Of a stretch of DNA of 64,000 nucleotides, positions 36,624 to 49,599 are shown piece after piece; position 1 is the stretch's first letter; every line of letters starts with the position of its first letter. Where the stretch lies: assembly GCA_030141605.1 (NCBI GenBank), contig JAQGDQ010000105.1:434001-498000 (forward strand), given 5' to 3'. The position numbers and the translations under genes were made by a program. The notes below the pieces were generated by a model that searched no databases, was not told the DNA's origin, and was given only the letters and a program-made list of their open reading frames with translations. This stretch comes from Tubiluchus corallicola (taxonomy: Eukaryota; Animalia; Priapulida).

Positions 36624-37238
36624 TCAACACTGACACTTCTGCCTAGGCTGCACCTCATCGTAAATGTTAAAAGCGTCATCTTTTGGAATTTTTTTTAAAT
36701 TGTCCGGGTTCTTACAAAACTGTTCTGCAATTGTATAAAACAATTCCCTGACATTTTCCCCTGTCTTACTAGATGTCTCTAACAACTGAGCCTGTATCTC
36801 ATCTGCATAATCTGAGACAGTGTAGTAGTCTATTTGACGCATGTGTTTCTTGTCACCTTCTACCAAATCTTTTTTCGTTCCGCATAGAAATATGTTGCAA
36901 TTCTCTTCATGCTGCTTTAATTCTCCTACCCAAAATTTTGCCCGGTCAAAACTTGACAGGTCTGTAACATCATAACACACTATAGCAGCTGATGCACCAC
37001 GATAATAGATACGACTCATCGCCTCGTACCGTTCACTACCGGCCGTGTCCCAGATACCCATAGTAACAGTTCTGCCATCAACTACAATTCGTCTTGCACC
37101 ATAGGCAGCGCCTATCGTGTTTTGATACGGCAACTCAGCATTAAAGCGATCATGAAGATAACGTTCAACTAAACTTGTTTTGCCACCATACTCCTTGCCC
37201 AGCAAAACAACCTTTAGATCCACACGTGATGCGCTCAT
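36624..37238 (-). CDS. RAB24: Ras-related protein Rab-24, 204 aa, intronless CDS
   Basis: [60 protein letters not shown] (the Rab24-diagnostic S in place of Q), [14 protein letters not shown] and a C-terminal CQC. A 5'-UTR acceptor lies at 37263-37264. Confidence 0.95.
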   Translation of the reverse strand: MSASRVDLKVVLLGKEYGGKTSLVERYLHDRFNAELPYQNTIGAAYGARRIVVDGRTVTMGIWDTAGSERYEAMSRIYYRGASAAIVCYDVTDLSSFDRAKFWVGELKQHEENCNIFLCGTKKDLVEGDKKHMRQIDYYTVSDYADEIQAQLLETSSKTGENVRELFYTIAEQFCKNPDNLKKIPKDDAFNIYDEVQPRQKCQC

Positions 37239-38721
37239 GACGAGTACGAAGTAAAGGCAACACTGCAAAAAAAACTTGATGTGAAATCACTAGTCTTTGA
37301 AGCCAATGAAGAATAGACATTGCAGTGAAATTTTAATTCACAGCGTAATTTTCAGTAGCATAAAAATACAAAACTGTTTGTCTCCAGTTTAACAGGGTGA
37401 CACAATTTTTGAGATTATTTCCAAATTGAAAATTGGCTCAGACACTAAATCAATGATTATTTCATAAAATTTACTTTTACAAGTTGTTTTTGCATATGCC
37501 TTAGCCTCAGTCATAAATATCATACCACCACATAATATTACCTTAAACAAATAATTCCAGAACTGAGATCTTAAAAATGCGATCAGGGCATCGGGAGCAT
37601 TAATACATACCCTTTCCATATTATAAAAGCATAGTTTCTTTAAATGCTAGCCATATCTGCTGGATGCGTTTAGCAATTCAAATGCACATAAAACACTGCA
37701 TATAATGCAGTAAGTAATTTTATTGCTGTATACTAACAAAAAATTTGTTGTTACTTTCTGGGTATATTTGTACATGCACTTCCATATTACACACCTGTAG
37801 AATGTGTTTATTTTTTTTTAGTTTGCATTCTGTTGGCTTTAACAATGAGAATAAGCAATAGAAAAGTTTGTTTACTGAAAAGTGCTAGAAAGTCCACAAC
37901 CAAGTTTCTAAATAATACATTGTTTTCAAAAGCTTTTACAGTTCAGATGACAATAATCTACTTGATGAAAAGAAACAATATGCAAAAGAATTACCTCTCA
38001 ATTTATGAGTACACTGAAAAACACATACACACAGGGCACATTCACTCCAAGCCTTAGGCCTAAAGAAATGTTTGTTTCCGATTTGTTGCCACTTAACACC
38101 ATGTGTAAGTATGGATTTCATTTTAGTTTTCCTTTTTTAATACAATTGACTACCTCAATGCGAATTAGGTTTTTTACCATATTATCAGGTCTCATTTTGA
38201 TGAATTCATCACTTATCTCTGCACTTATTTAAAAATGCAGCAGTTATTCAAAAAATAATACAGCAATTCGTTTTTTAACCAATTAACAAAAGATAAATGT
38301 GCTTCTGGGTACCTGATTTTTCTTTTTTAAATTAAAACGAATAAACCAGTATATAAACACGTAAACTGTAAGCATTAGTAGCAATGGGCAGTGCTCATGA
38401 GACCAAGTACTACTCAGGGGTTTCAGCAATTAGTGGCAAAACTACTCTGGCAAATCACCAGACAATTTACGTTTATGGTAATGCTGAATATTAGTGTGCG
38501 TTGGCTACTGTATAAAATAACGAGAAGTTTGTTATTATAATTACTTTATTGTTTAATTATTTTATATTTTACGTCTTTTAATTTTTACTTTTACTACAGT
38601 TTTTATAAACAGGCATAACTTACAAAGTGAAATATACTGTTATAGCTGTACTATACATAGACACTAGGGTTATCTGATACTAATACTTTAGTACAACCTA
38701 GAACTAGTCTTGTTTCAGCTG

Positions 38722-39021
38722 GAGACGGCCCCTCGTCTATGGAATGCAGTTTCAGAAGAAGTCAAAAACACTCAAAATATTAAAATATTTCTGTTTTTAA
38801 ACATCAAATTAAAACATTTTTATTCTTAGAAACTTTAACTTTTTGTTATTTTGCTCTGTATCAGTATAATGTAGTAAAGTAAGTCTTTTAGGTGCTTATG
38901 TACTTGTACTCTTTAAAATATGGTTTGTAGATTCTTTGTGAATTTTAAATGTTTGTACACCAAACAACATTTTTATATAGATTTTAGGCAATAAAATTAT
39001 TATATATTATTATTATTATTA
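38722..39021 (+). mobile_element. CR1/L2-group LINE 3' stub
   Basis: Encodes GPRLWNAVSEEVKNTQNI...FKHQIKTFL, then AATAAA and an (ATT)n tail. Confidence 0.65.
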
Positions 39022-39347
39022 TGAACTAAAAACGATGTTTGCATAGCATGAATCGGTTTTGAATCAGTTTGCTTCTGGTGTCCCTTATCTCAACATGTTC
39101 TGTTTGTTAGACTTTGGTTAGCAGGTCACTTGAAAAATGCTAGATATAAACTACGCCAAGTCTCAAGCTTGTTAATTATTTAAATGGTTTGAGAGACATA
39201 TTTTTACTTTTACAGAAATTCAGAATTTCTACAGTTTGATAAAATGAGAAATAAACACAATGAAATTCGAGAAGATTTTGCAATCTAAATTTTTAAAAAT
39301 TGTACTACAAGTATAAATGTACAGTGTTCTGATGCACTTACGTTAAA

Positions 39348-39800
39348 GATTGACAGATTCAGATTCATTTTTTCCCTTTATAAATATCACATTTATAATT
39401 TTTACTACATTAAAAAAATAAAATTCAAGGGAAGGGTGGCAAAACACTAAATAGTTATTTAAATCAGCCACCCTTGTCATTAGTGAACTTTATTGGGTCA
39501 GCAAATGAGTGCATAATTTTACATTAAATATGTAGTGCATCTAAAATACATTATCAAATCAAAAACATGCATAAATGTAAAACAAAACAAAAGTCAAAAG
39601 AAATTATAAATTCTACAAGGCAAAATGAAACAAAAGCAAGCAACATACAATTCTAGCACAGATCCATTAAACGTGCTGCATGTTACCAATAATGGATGTT
39701 ATAATTTCACAATTTTAGCCAACATTTTTCAATATAAAAACCAATACTAAAATAAAAAATAAAAAAAGTACATGGAAGTTTTAATTACTTCCAGTTCACA
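39348..39800 (-). mobile_element. LINE 3'-UTR stub with terminal stem-loop
   Basis: A short gattca-repeat tail and a hairpin aagggtggc...gccaccctt (39432-39475), laid out like the 3' end of the LINE at 9443-12601. Confidence 0.45.
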
Positions 39801-39851
39801 TTAAGATATAGTGACATAAACGAAACATAGGTCTGTTATTACACTATTCAG

Positions 39852-40416
39852 TAGGCCTGTAACGATACATCCACGTATAGATGCATCGTAATATCTTTTA
39901 TTACAATATGTGTATCGCCAAAGTGCACAAATACTGTGATAATATGAGTCAATGATATCTAGCAAATTAACACGTACTTGATGGTATGCTGATAAAAACG
40001 ATTTGAAGTGATTCAAGCTGCAGTAGTGGAGTGTACTGTAGACAAGTAATAATCGCATTGAGCAGTTGACTTTAACGCAGGCATATCTAGCAGCCAAAGT
40101 GGTTTAAAATGCATGGTGTTTAATTTATTGTAGGCTAATTAGGTTGTTTCACGTAACCATGTGAAATGGCAAAAATGAACTTGAAAATGCATGAGCAACT
40201 TTTAAACCTAAAGTATTGTTGCATATTGCTTTTCTGGTGGTTTTCAATGAAAATATACAGTTTTGTCGAGTTATTTTAGCATTTGTTACCAACGGCTTCA
40301 TCTATTTTTTATAAAACCAGCAAATGTTAACCCGGGTGGTACTGGGATAAGTATCGTATTGTGAGGCTAGTATCATGGCGTATCATACTGTGTCTTACGT
40401 GTATCATTACACCCTA
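39852..40416. mobile_element. hAT-type MITE
   Basis: TIRs taggcctgtaacgatac versus rc tagggtgtaatgatac, an imperfect 8-bp TSD ctattcag/ctatctag, and subterminal gtatc repeats. Confidence 0.7.
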
Positions 40417-40433
40417 CTATCTAGTTACTTTAA

Positions 40434-41064
40434 AGGAAAACCAGACGCAATCTTAAACTATAGGTCAAAACAATCTACTCTCTAAAATATTGAAAGGAAA
40501 CACATTTTTTTTCAAAAATGACATGTGAAAGAATTATTACCACAGAAACGCAATTTCATGTATGTGCCAATAGTTCTTCTCTGTTAGTGTTACATAGATT
40601 AGGCCATTCGCTAGTTAGACGAACAATAGCGCCTGCATTTCGGAAACACGTTGAACAAAAAAACGAGCTGTACCTTTCAGTTCAGAGGTACTAATTTGTG
40701 ATGCACTGCACATGTTGAGCAGCTGATGTGTGAGCACAGCAGTAAGTTGGAAATTTGAATTTTTATCTAAAAATTGTCGAGTTTTGGTACAACACGCTGA
40801 ATCTCCTACAGTAGTGCTGTACTTCAATTTTCTCTTTTGCAAACACGTGTAACATGCCAATGATTTTTGCGTTAAAGATTGTGTTCGTTTGTGACGTCAC
40901 CAATAGTTGGGTTCGCATGCTGTTAAGAATAAGATTTTAATCTATTAGTATTACTACTAGTATTATATATCAGAAATGCTTTTGCAATATAATTGGTGCT
41001 AAATTGCAAACTTTTTACCGTACTTGAAAATGGGGTAGTATATGAAAAATCATCCTGCCTTCCT
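40434..41064. mobile_element. Kolobok-like MITE (TTAA TSD), copy 1
   Basis: ttaa|aggaaaaccagacg...catcctgccttcct|ttaa. It is collinear along its whole length with the copy at 62616-63218. Confidence 0.75.
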
Positions 41065-42659
41065 TTAAAGTTTTACTGTAAACGATATAGACACGCTACC
41101 GAAGTACCTTCACTCACGTTTAAGCAGGCCTACTGTTTTCACGCTTGCATGTCATTAAAATGATGTCAGCTTGCCAGGTATAACAAACAACAGTTAATAG
41201 TGATACAGAAAGCCTGCACACTTTATAAAAGTATAACTGAAATAACCCAAATTCCAAAAAGGGTCAAGAAAATTTCTTTTTCTAATATACCGGAAGTTAT
41301 AATATGGGAAACTTTCCACAAAAAAAATATCATATCATATGACTCATCAATCAAACCAACATCCGAGAGCATTGCCACCGTCCACCTCAGCCGCCAAACT
41401 GTTAAAGTGCATGTATGTTCATATGATACTCTCAACTCACTGGGCAAACTTTGCAACAGGTGCATCAAACCATTAAAAGTCTACTCACCTACAGGAAGGA
41501 AATTCAGTAAATTCAGATTTCAACAAGTGTCAAATATTGTGAAGTGTTTAATTGGAAAAGTGATTCAGTGTATTGTATCTTGCACTTAAATTATTTGAGT
41601 GCCTGCTGTTTAGTAGAGGGGATACTGCAGAAGCGCAGAACTCTCCCGAATGAACTCCCATTCAAAATAAACGATTTTTCATTAAGGTCTCTTTATGTGA
41701 AATCCATCCCCCACCCCTTGGCTTCTTTGATGATTAACTGATTTGTGGAAAGCTTTAATGACAGTACTATAAGTGAACAGTATCTTCCATTAATTTCGCA
41801 GCATATGACACACCTTGTTATGGTTGTTTCATCAATTACCAAATGGCTAAAAAATTTACTTTGCAAAGCTGGAGAACTTATAAGTTAATTAAGATGTTTT
41901 TGTATTCAGCTATTTGTGCTAATGCTTGTGGTATTACATTCCTTCGTTAACGTACCCAAGGTACACATAATTATAATTAGCAAGATGCACAGAGATTTTA
42001 CATTACTAATTGTGTTGTATAACTAACTTATACTATAGCTCATTTGCTATGCTTTAATTTTCCACACAGTATATATGTTTATTTAAGACAATTAAAGCTT
42101 GTTAGCTTAACAGGTTAATTATACCAGAGAATATATAAATGTGGAATGGATATTACATACTCTGTTACTACTCAAATATTAACTACACAACCATGCATGG
42201 GTGACAAACTAACAGCAATTCCTGTTTAGTGCTTAGGGGTGCATCTCACCTGTTAAAGTTGCAGTTTTGCTTTTGATATTTTGTTTACTTATTTATCTTA
42301 TTAATATCATTACAAATTATCATAACGAAGTCATATACAAGTACCTCTAAGCATAAGCAGACTGATTTTTCCAGGGAGGGGGGCTGAGCCACTTTTGCCT
42401 GAAAAATTCAAGGTCAGCTTCATGTCGGGAATTGCCTCACCCTACCCCAAGACCAAAAAATGCCCATGCACTTCATTTGGTGGCATGGAGAAATTTCGAG
42501 ATTTCCTTTTATGAAAACATTATTTCATTTTTTTCCATCATTTGGCTGCTGCCCAAAAAATTAGTGATAGGCTGATTGCCTGAATCCAGAGGGCAGCGTC
42601 CCTGTGAGTGCTCCAGGTTCGGATAGACGTTACAAATCTGCAATACTTCAGCAAAAGTA

Positions 42660-45600
42660 ATGAATATGGCAGCTGGTGAAAATGTATGTCTTTTAGTTTT
42701 AATTGCAATACGATGAGTGCATCGTAATAAATTAAGTACTAATATTAGAAATAATAAATCTGTGTAAAATATTTCAAAATTGTGAAAAGCGAATTAAGGT
42801 TACTATTAATTCGGGAGTCCCTCGATTAAGGAAAGAGCATGATTATAAAATTAAATGTATGCATTTCACAGTTAACTCACTATATGTTCTGTGCAGAAAC
42901 TTTGAAAACAACAACAAACTGTTTTACAAACATTACAATGATATTAGATTACTAATCATCTTCCTTTGTTGCAGTCGATAAGAGGTGCTGTGTTTTCGAG
43001 AACGAATTGTCAGGTGTTTTGCCTTTCTACCATTGCAACAGAATTAACTTTTTCAGTGCACTTGACCAAAGTGCCACCCGGGGCGGACGGTCCCCCCCTT
43101 TAGTTACGCATGTGCCTCATTATACAGATTTTTAAAATTTGCTTTAACATCTATCATATTAGCTCTAATTGCCATATCTTTCATTTCATCTAACCTGCCT
43201 ATTTCAACATGCATTTGTCTTTGGAAGTTTTCGTTTTTTAGAAATCTCAATTTTCAAAATAAGAGCATAGTATCGCTAGTATTACATATAAACTTGTATG
43301 TAATCTGCGTTCTGTAATGGGCATTCACCTTGAGCATTTACTTTTTATTTTTAGACTAACAAAGGACTGTCATTGCGACAGAAGTCATTGCTGAAACAGA
43401 AAACATCAAAAGAACACAATAGTAATTTCCGTGCAGGATATGTGCAGATAAATGAAGATTACCTTCACAAGTCTGGAATTCGCGGAAGAAAGATGTACTG
43501 CCTTTGGTGTTCCGCTATAACACTGTTACTTATTGCTGTGGCAAATCTTCTGGTAAGAAACCGTGACTGTTTTATGAATAGCAGATAACATCTTAAATTA
43601 CATCTATTATCTATAATCAGTACAGCCAGTAAAATATGCTTTTATTATGCACCTGTTAGATAACACATGTTCATTGCAATTTCAGGTTACAGTGATTATC
43701 ATATTGGTGCTTCGAATTGATTTTCATGGTATGGATTCTCTGGAGTTTGTTAGACGTGGTGTACTTTTAAAATTTAAGAAAGCTGCTCATCTCGGCATGC
43801 TTATACCACAAAATGGCAAAGTAGGCAGCTTTGCAGACTCAGATTTGCACATAGAAGCTACAAACCAGTCTGTAAGTTGCACACGTATTCATCTTAATCA
43901 TCTAACACTGTGCAAAATGCAAAGTTTTTAATGCTTTCAATTTTGATTTGATGTATTGTTGTTAAAATTTGCAGCAAGATTTATAAATGTAAATGTTGAA
44001 TTCTTTTTTTTTGTGATAGTTTGTCTGCACTGCACGCTTACAGAGCTATATATTTTTTCAGATAAAAATGACTGTAGTCAACAATGGTGACCCAAAGTCA
44101 TCAATTTCTGTTGATCCAGAAAAAACAGAATTTACAACTTCTGGAATGGTCCAGTTCACAAATCCAGAAACAGGAAAGACGTTTTTCACGCCCACATGGG
44201 ATGACTTTAAGCTCCCTAAGCACGTCAACACATTTTCTGCTGAAACTATAGAAGCATCAACAGTGAGCAGCAATTTTAACAATACCCAAAGTTGAAGGAA
44301 AAAACAACCCTCAAACAACATTTGTTGTATTTTAATATACACTTAAAAATATTGAAATTGCCACGTAATATATGCACATAAAATACCTTACTTAAAAACT
44401 CAAAAGAAATATAAATCATTCTTATCTCCCACCAAGCAAACGTCGCTGTGGGCATGTTTGAAAAATATGACGAAAGCTGGTGGACAGCAAGAAGACATGC
44501 GTAACAAAATTTTTGCAGTTCATCTCAGAAATTTCACCATTCTAGCATTGTCTTTAACTATGTTTATACAAAAATTAGTCGTGGTATCAATTAGCAACAA
44601 CTTCAAAATGCTTACTTAGCTTATTTCCACAGAATCATACCTCAAAATGCTCAATTCTTACATGATAATTACAGATGAGCATGGAATTCTGCAAAGCTGC
44701 AAGGGTAAAGTTTAGTTAAAGTCAAAATCATTACTATTGTCGGCGTTAGGTAGATTAGTTCATTTTGTCAGATTATCGTTGGTAACTGGTTTTCATTACA
44801 TAGTTGGCAAATGGATTCACTAAAAAACAAAAGATAGTATTAGTAATCTCTTGTTTAACATTTTGGATTTGTAGTTGATAATAGTAACTGCTATTGCAAA
44901 AAAGTTTCCTCAAGCACTTGGCGGGATGTTTTTTATTGCACCGCAACCAGATGACACCATTTTTCATTCAAAATAAGCACACCCAAGCATAGAATGATTG
45001 CAACATTAAATTTTGATTTTACTTGGCTTTTAATTTAACTTGAATACAACAGATCACTTACTACCACAGGGCTGTGCTTAATGTGCCAGTAATGCCTGAC
45101 TTTACTATTGCAATATTTATGTTATTAAGATCTTCACCAACTGCAGCTCAAGCACTAGGTGACTATGTATTTCCATCGTAAAGTGAGTCTATTAAGCGGC
45201 GGCTACTGTATCTATGATTTAAATTGGCTTTGCATGTTTCTAATCTGATTTTTGAGTTGTTTGTGCATAATATAAAGGTCCACCTGCCAGCAATGGTTCT
45301 TTAAAGCAAAGTCCAAGTTTTTTGGGAAGTTAGGTTTATATTGATGTTATTGTAGAAGGTATTGTAAAAATTGTTAGAAGGAAAGTTGCTATCATTTCGC
45401 GCTTGGGCGCTTCCATTTTGAAGCCTATTTTCTGCCAATATCGTCAGTCATCAGCTTCTGGCAACATCGCCATTCATCAGCTAAAAAAAGCAGTCTACTA
45501 CAATTTCCATCAAAAGCACAGTAAATTTTTACAACGAATTAGATGGCTAATTTTGTGATATTTTGCATGAACATTAGGTAAGTTGTGAAAGTTTGAATTC

Positions 45601-47592
45601 ATATCAACAGCGTGCTTTCGGAGTTTTACAATACACTTACGATAGTCACGAAGTCCACCAGTTATGTCACAAATTTCAAGTGATTGGCAGCTACCATTAT
45701 GCTAAAAAATTTCTATACAGTATTACTATTAATTAATTATGTACTTTATAGACAGTTTTTTGCAAAATCTCTTTGGTATATCTTTCTAAATTTAAGTGAT
45801 AACAATAAAACAAACCCAATGTGCTAAGTGACTTGTCCTTTCCTTTAACAAATAAGCACTTTATGATATTGAAAATTGAGTTTAGTTCTTTAATTATCTC
45901 TAAACTGTCATGTGGCAATAACAATATGTAATTTCTTTTACATACTTATACGTCTTTTGATACATCTAGGTTTCTAGCCCAAGCAATAAAGATCTGCGTA
46001 TAGAAAGTAACAGCACCGTCACTCTACAGGGCAATGAAGGTGTTCGTATGGAAGGACGCCGTATCCATTGGAAAGCCAACAATATTCAATTGCTCTCGGT
46101 AAATAGGTTTTAAAATAGTTTCTTGATTAGATTCTTGACCACTAAGTTTTGATATCTGTTTATCTAAATAGAGGTTGATGTTATAGCTTTCCTGTTTCTA
46201 ATAAAAAACTGAAACTGTAATGTTTTTTATTCATCTTTTATGTGACTATTAATGTTTAGTGATCTCACTGCTTTACCTTTTTATCTCTACTTTTATAAAA
46301 GGTGCTATCAAGATCCTTCGTTTCTAAAATTTAATGTTTACACTTTGTGCAAAATACACATTTCGCTAGTATCTTCAGCCTAGTAACTCCTAAATGCATA
46401 ATAGTTGCTTATAAATTACTTTCTTTTGTGCCACTGTTCTATTAAATTCTATAGCAAAAAATTGTATTTCCGTAAATTACAACATCATTTGTTTTATTCT
46501 ATTTGTCTGTGTTTACCTGTATCCATTTTTTTACTTCTCATTACATTAAGTGCTTGTTTTGTTTGTATCAAGAAATAAAGCAATTAGCAATTATTAGTTT
46601 TGTTATTATAAAAAGGAGAGTTTGTCTTTTTTGCAAAGGTCTCTTATATTACATTATTACTGATCCTTATATTACGTTATTTTGAAGCACTAAATGTTTT
46701 TTTTATCATACAATTCACTTCAGATATTCAGATTATTTTCATTACTTTTTTTCTTTCACTTTGTGGGACAATCTAACAAGCCTTACTTTTTGATTGCCTG
46801 CAACACATTTACATTTGTATATAGGTGTACAGTGTGTGAGACGTTTCTTGTACAGAAACAATAAAAGCTTATTTGTATTATGTTCATTGTAGTCTCTTTC
46901 ACTATATATTGTACATGAAACTATTGTAAATGTGTAATGTGAAATAAATGACTTATGACTTATCCAGCTCACACTTCATTCTCCAGTGCATCTCATTTAG
47001 TGTGTTTATGGGTAACACAATTGCTAATTGTATTTGAGTAGTCATTTTTGTTTGCAGTAGAACAATTAGTGATAACAATTTCTTTCAAAAATTTAGCATT
47101 GCAATACGAATGAAATGTAAATATCTTGTATATCATGAAAATGTTTGAAATTAAGTTTAATCAATCACAGAAGGGAAGTGAATGATAGCCAATGTTATTT
47201 ATTTATTTTGTTAAACAACTTTATAAAGGTGATAGAATGTTGTTGAAATGTAATCATGTTATTCAACTGAGCTAACAGTAATTAATGAAGTTAAACTACG
47301 CGCATGCAAATAGAGGCACATCTGTAAATATTTTATTTATCTGCAATAAAAGATTTACCATCATCAATTTCAGAATGAGAAAATTAGCCTCCAGTCAAGA
47401 GAGGGGATTTATATCAACATCGGTTCTTTACCCAAAGAGGATGGAAATTCTTCATTTGATGCACCAGCAATCACATATCAGCTATGTGCTTGCGTACGAA
47501 ATGGTCAGAGTTATCGGTTATTTCGTGTACCAGTCTTTAGGCCGGGCCTTGGTTGTGCTACTGCTAATGAGGAAGTGAATCCTTGTGACTAA
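42660..47592 (+). CDS. SGCB: Beta-sarcoglycan, ~318 aa
   Basis: Exons 42660-42683 (less certain), 43355-43552, 43686-43871, 44062-44262, 45970-46098 and 47374-47592, all phase-0 GT-AG. Motifs: KEHNSNFRAGYVQINEDYLHKSGIRGRK, a TM helix, GMDSLEF, QGNEGV and the C-terminal Cys cluster YQLCAC...GC...NPC. Confidence 0.93.
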
Positions 47593-49599
47593 ATAAACAG
47601 CTTCATGGTGCACTCTATGATCATCAGATGGGGGATCTAGATTATTATTATTATTATTATATTTCTTTATTTTCCTCTATTTGCAGGTAAGGTCACCCGA
47701 GGTTAAATGAGGAAAGAAATCAAAGTTTCCACATGTATATATAAAAATACGTATAGGGTGTCTCAGAACTCAGTATACACTTTGATTTCTGATTTTTTTT
47801 TAATTATTCATCCAATGTTGACAAACTTTAGCATCATTCAAAAGAGTTGTCTAGCAATTCTTCTTATTTAAATTTTGACTGAAACCACCTTACTATGGCA
47901 ACAGCATTAAAATTAAAAATGAGGTGCAGAATATACCCTAGAAAGGGATTCTTCAATCATAAACCAGCGTACAATGAAATTCAGAATTGCAAGGACCTCA
48001 CTATGCTCTCTGTTAACAATGTAGTTCTGCAACAAAGTGAAACTCTTCCTCGCTACTTATGAACTGTGAGAGACTTTCTTAAAGTAAGATATCCAATTTA
48101 TCACTGGATTGGTTGCTGGTACTCTATCCACTAAAAGTTGGGTTTTCACGGATTTGACATTTTACAGTTTTGTTTACAATGCCCTATCAGGCAGAAATTT
48201 ATACAAAAAAGCCAACACACCTCCACAAACTCTAAATTGCAATTGAAGATTAATAACAAATTAATTCTTCATGATAAGAATAGTAACAATGAATAAAAAA
48301 ATCCCGTAATTAAAAAACAAAGAAAAAGAAAGGAACGTGACAGTGTTTTGAACTACCACTGTAATTCTTCTTCAGGTGAACATAGAAAGACAGAAAAGAG
48401 ACAAAAATCACAAGAAATTACTAAAACTACTAAACTATTTTTTGGGAGTTTCTTGCTTATATTATTAACAAAAAAGGATATCACACTAAAAAAGATACAA
48501 GCACATAGAAAAACACAAAAGCATAGCAGATAAAAGCACACATGAGAAACACAAAGTACAAAATCACTAGCCACAGTTGCTAAACACTAGAGAATACAAA
48601 AAAGCTAATGAAATGTTTAACAAGGGCCATGGTGTATACATAGGAGAAAGTTAGCAAACCAGTTAGGCAAAAGATAAACAGAATGCAATCCATAGAGATG
48701 AGAATGAATGGCAAAGAAGTAAAATTCTATTGGGCTATTAATCTGAAGAAAATGCTGAACACAATGTAAACTACCTGTGGAGTTGGAAGAAAGGAACAAA
48801 AGAGTAAATCAGAAGAAACGGGTGAATATAATACAGACAACAGCCAAAAGGTCAAAACCCCCATGGTAGTAAGTTAACAAGTTATTGGAAAAGTTGATTA
48901 TATATAGTTTTAAAGTTTAATTAAATTTACTGCTTAATGATGTAAAGACCATGGGTAAAATTCAGCTACTCAAGCTTCTAATAATAATATAAATTAAAAA
49001 ACTTTGTGTTAAAAACTTTAATGCAGCTCTCTGTTTAACACTAAGCTGGTATTCAAATACAGCAATAAAAACTACCTTCAGCTCTTTCTAACAACCTTTC
49101 TGATTTAAAAAAAGATTGAAGTGTTTACATAGCGCCTTGTAAATTGTGATAATTTCTGTTTTGTGAAACTGCATGTGACTAAAAACCTGGCTTGAAAAAC
49201 ATATTTATGACATTCAGAAGCTTGAAAGTAGCATTGTCAATTCATACCTTTGATTTTAACAATGCTAGAAATACTTTCTCTTTATACAACGCCACTAAAC
49301 GGCACACTGTAGAATCTGCTTTAATTAAAAAAACTTTTCTAATGTCTTGAGTTCAATGACATGTTTTCACTTTACATCATTCTATTTTCTCAACACATCT
49401 CTGCATTACTTAAATGTTACCAGTAGTCAAATTTATCCTAGTCTGTCCATTTTCTACTGTGCTGTGTGGGGCAGTGCCTAACGTCACTAGCACAGTCTTC
49501 GTATTATTAAGTGGCCCTCTTAAATTTAATTAAATTTTTAACAGTATCTGTGGTTAGCTAAGCTAATAAATCTGTTCAGTTACTACAATTTGGGCCGTG

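Noticed and set aside
37239-37268. N-terminal extension [10 protein letters not shown] of RAB24 in the ORF track
   Set aside because: The TTG start lies within the polypyrimidine tract and acceptor. The true start is the ATG at 37238.
41200-41589. 129-aa ORF and its antisense 81-aa ORF
   Set aside because: GTG start, no recognisable motifs and no supporting exon structure. More likely a promoter or 5'-UTR region.
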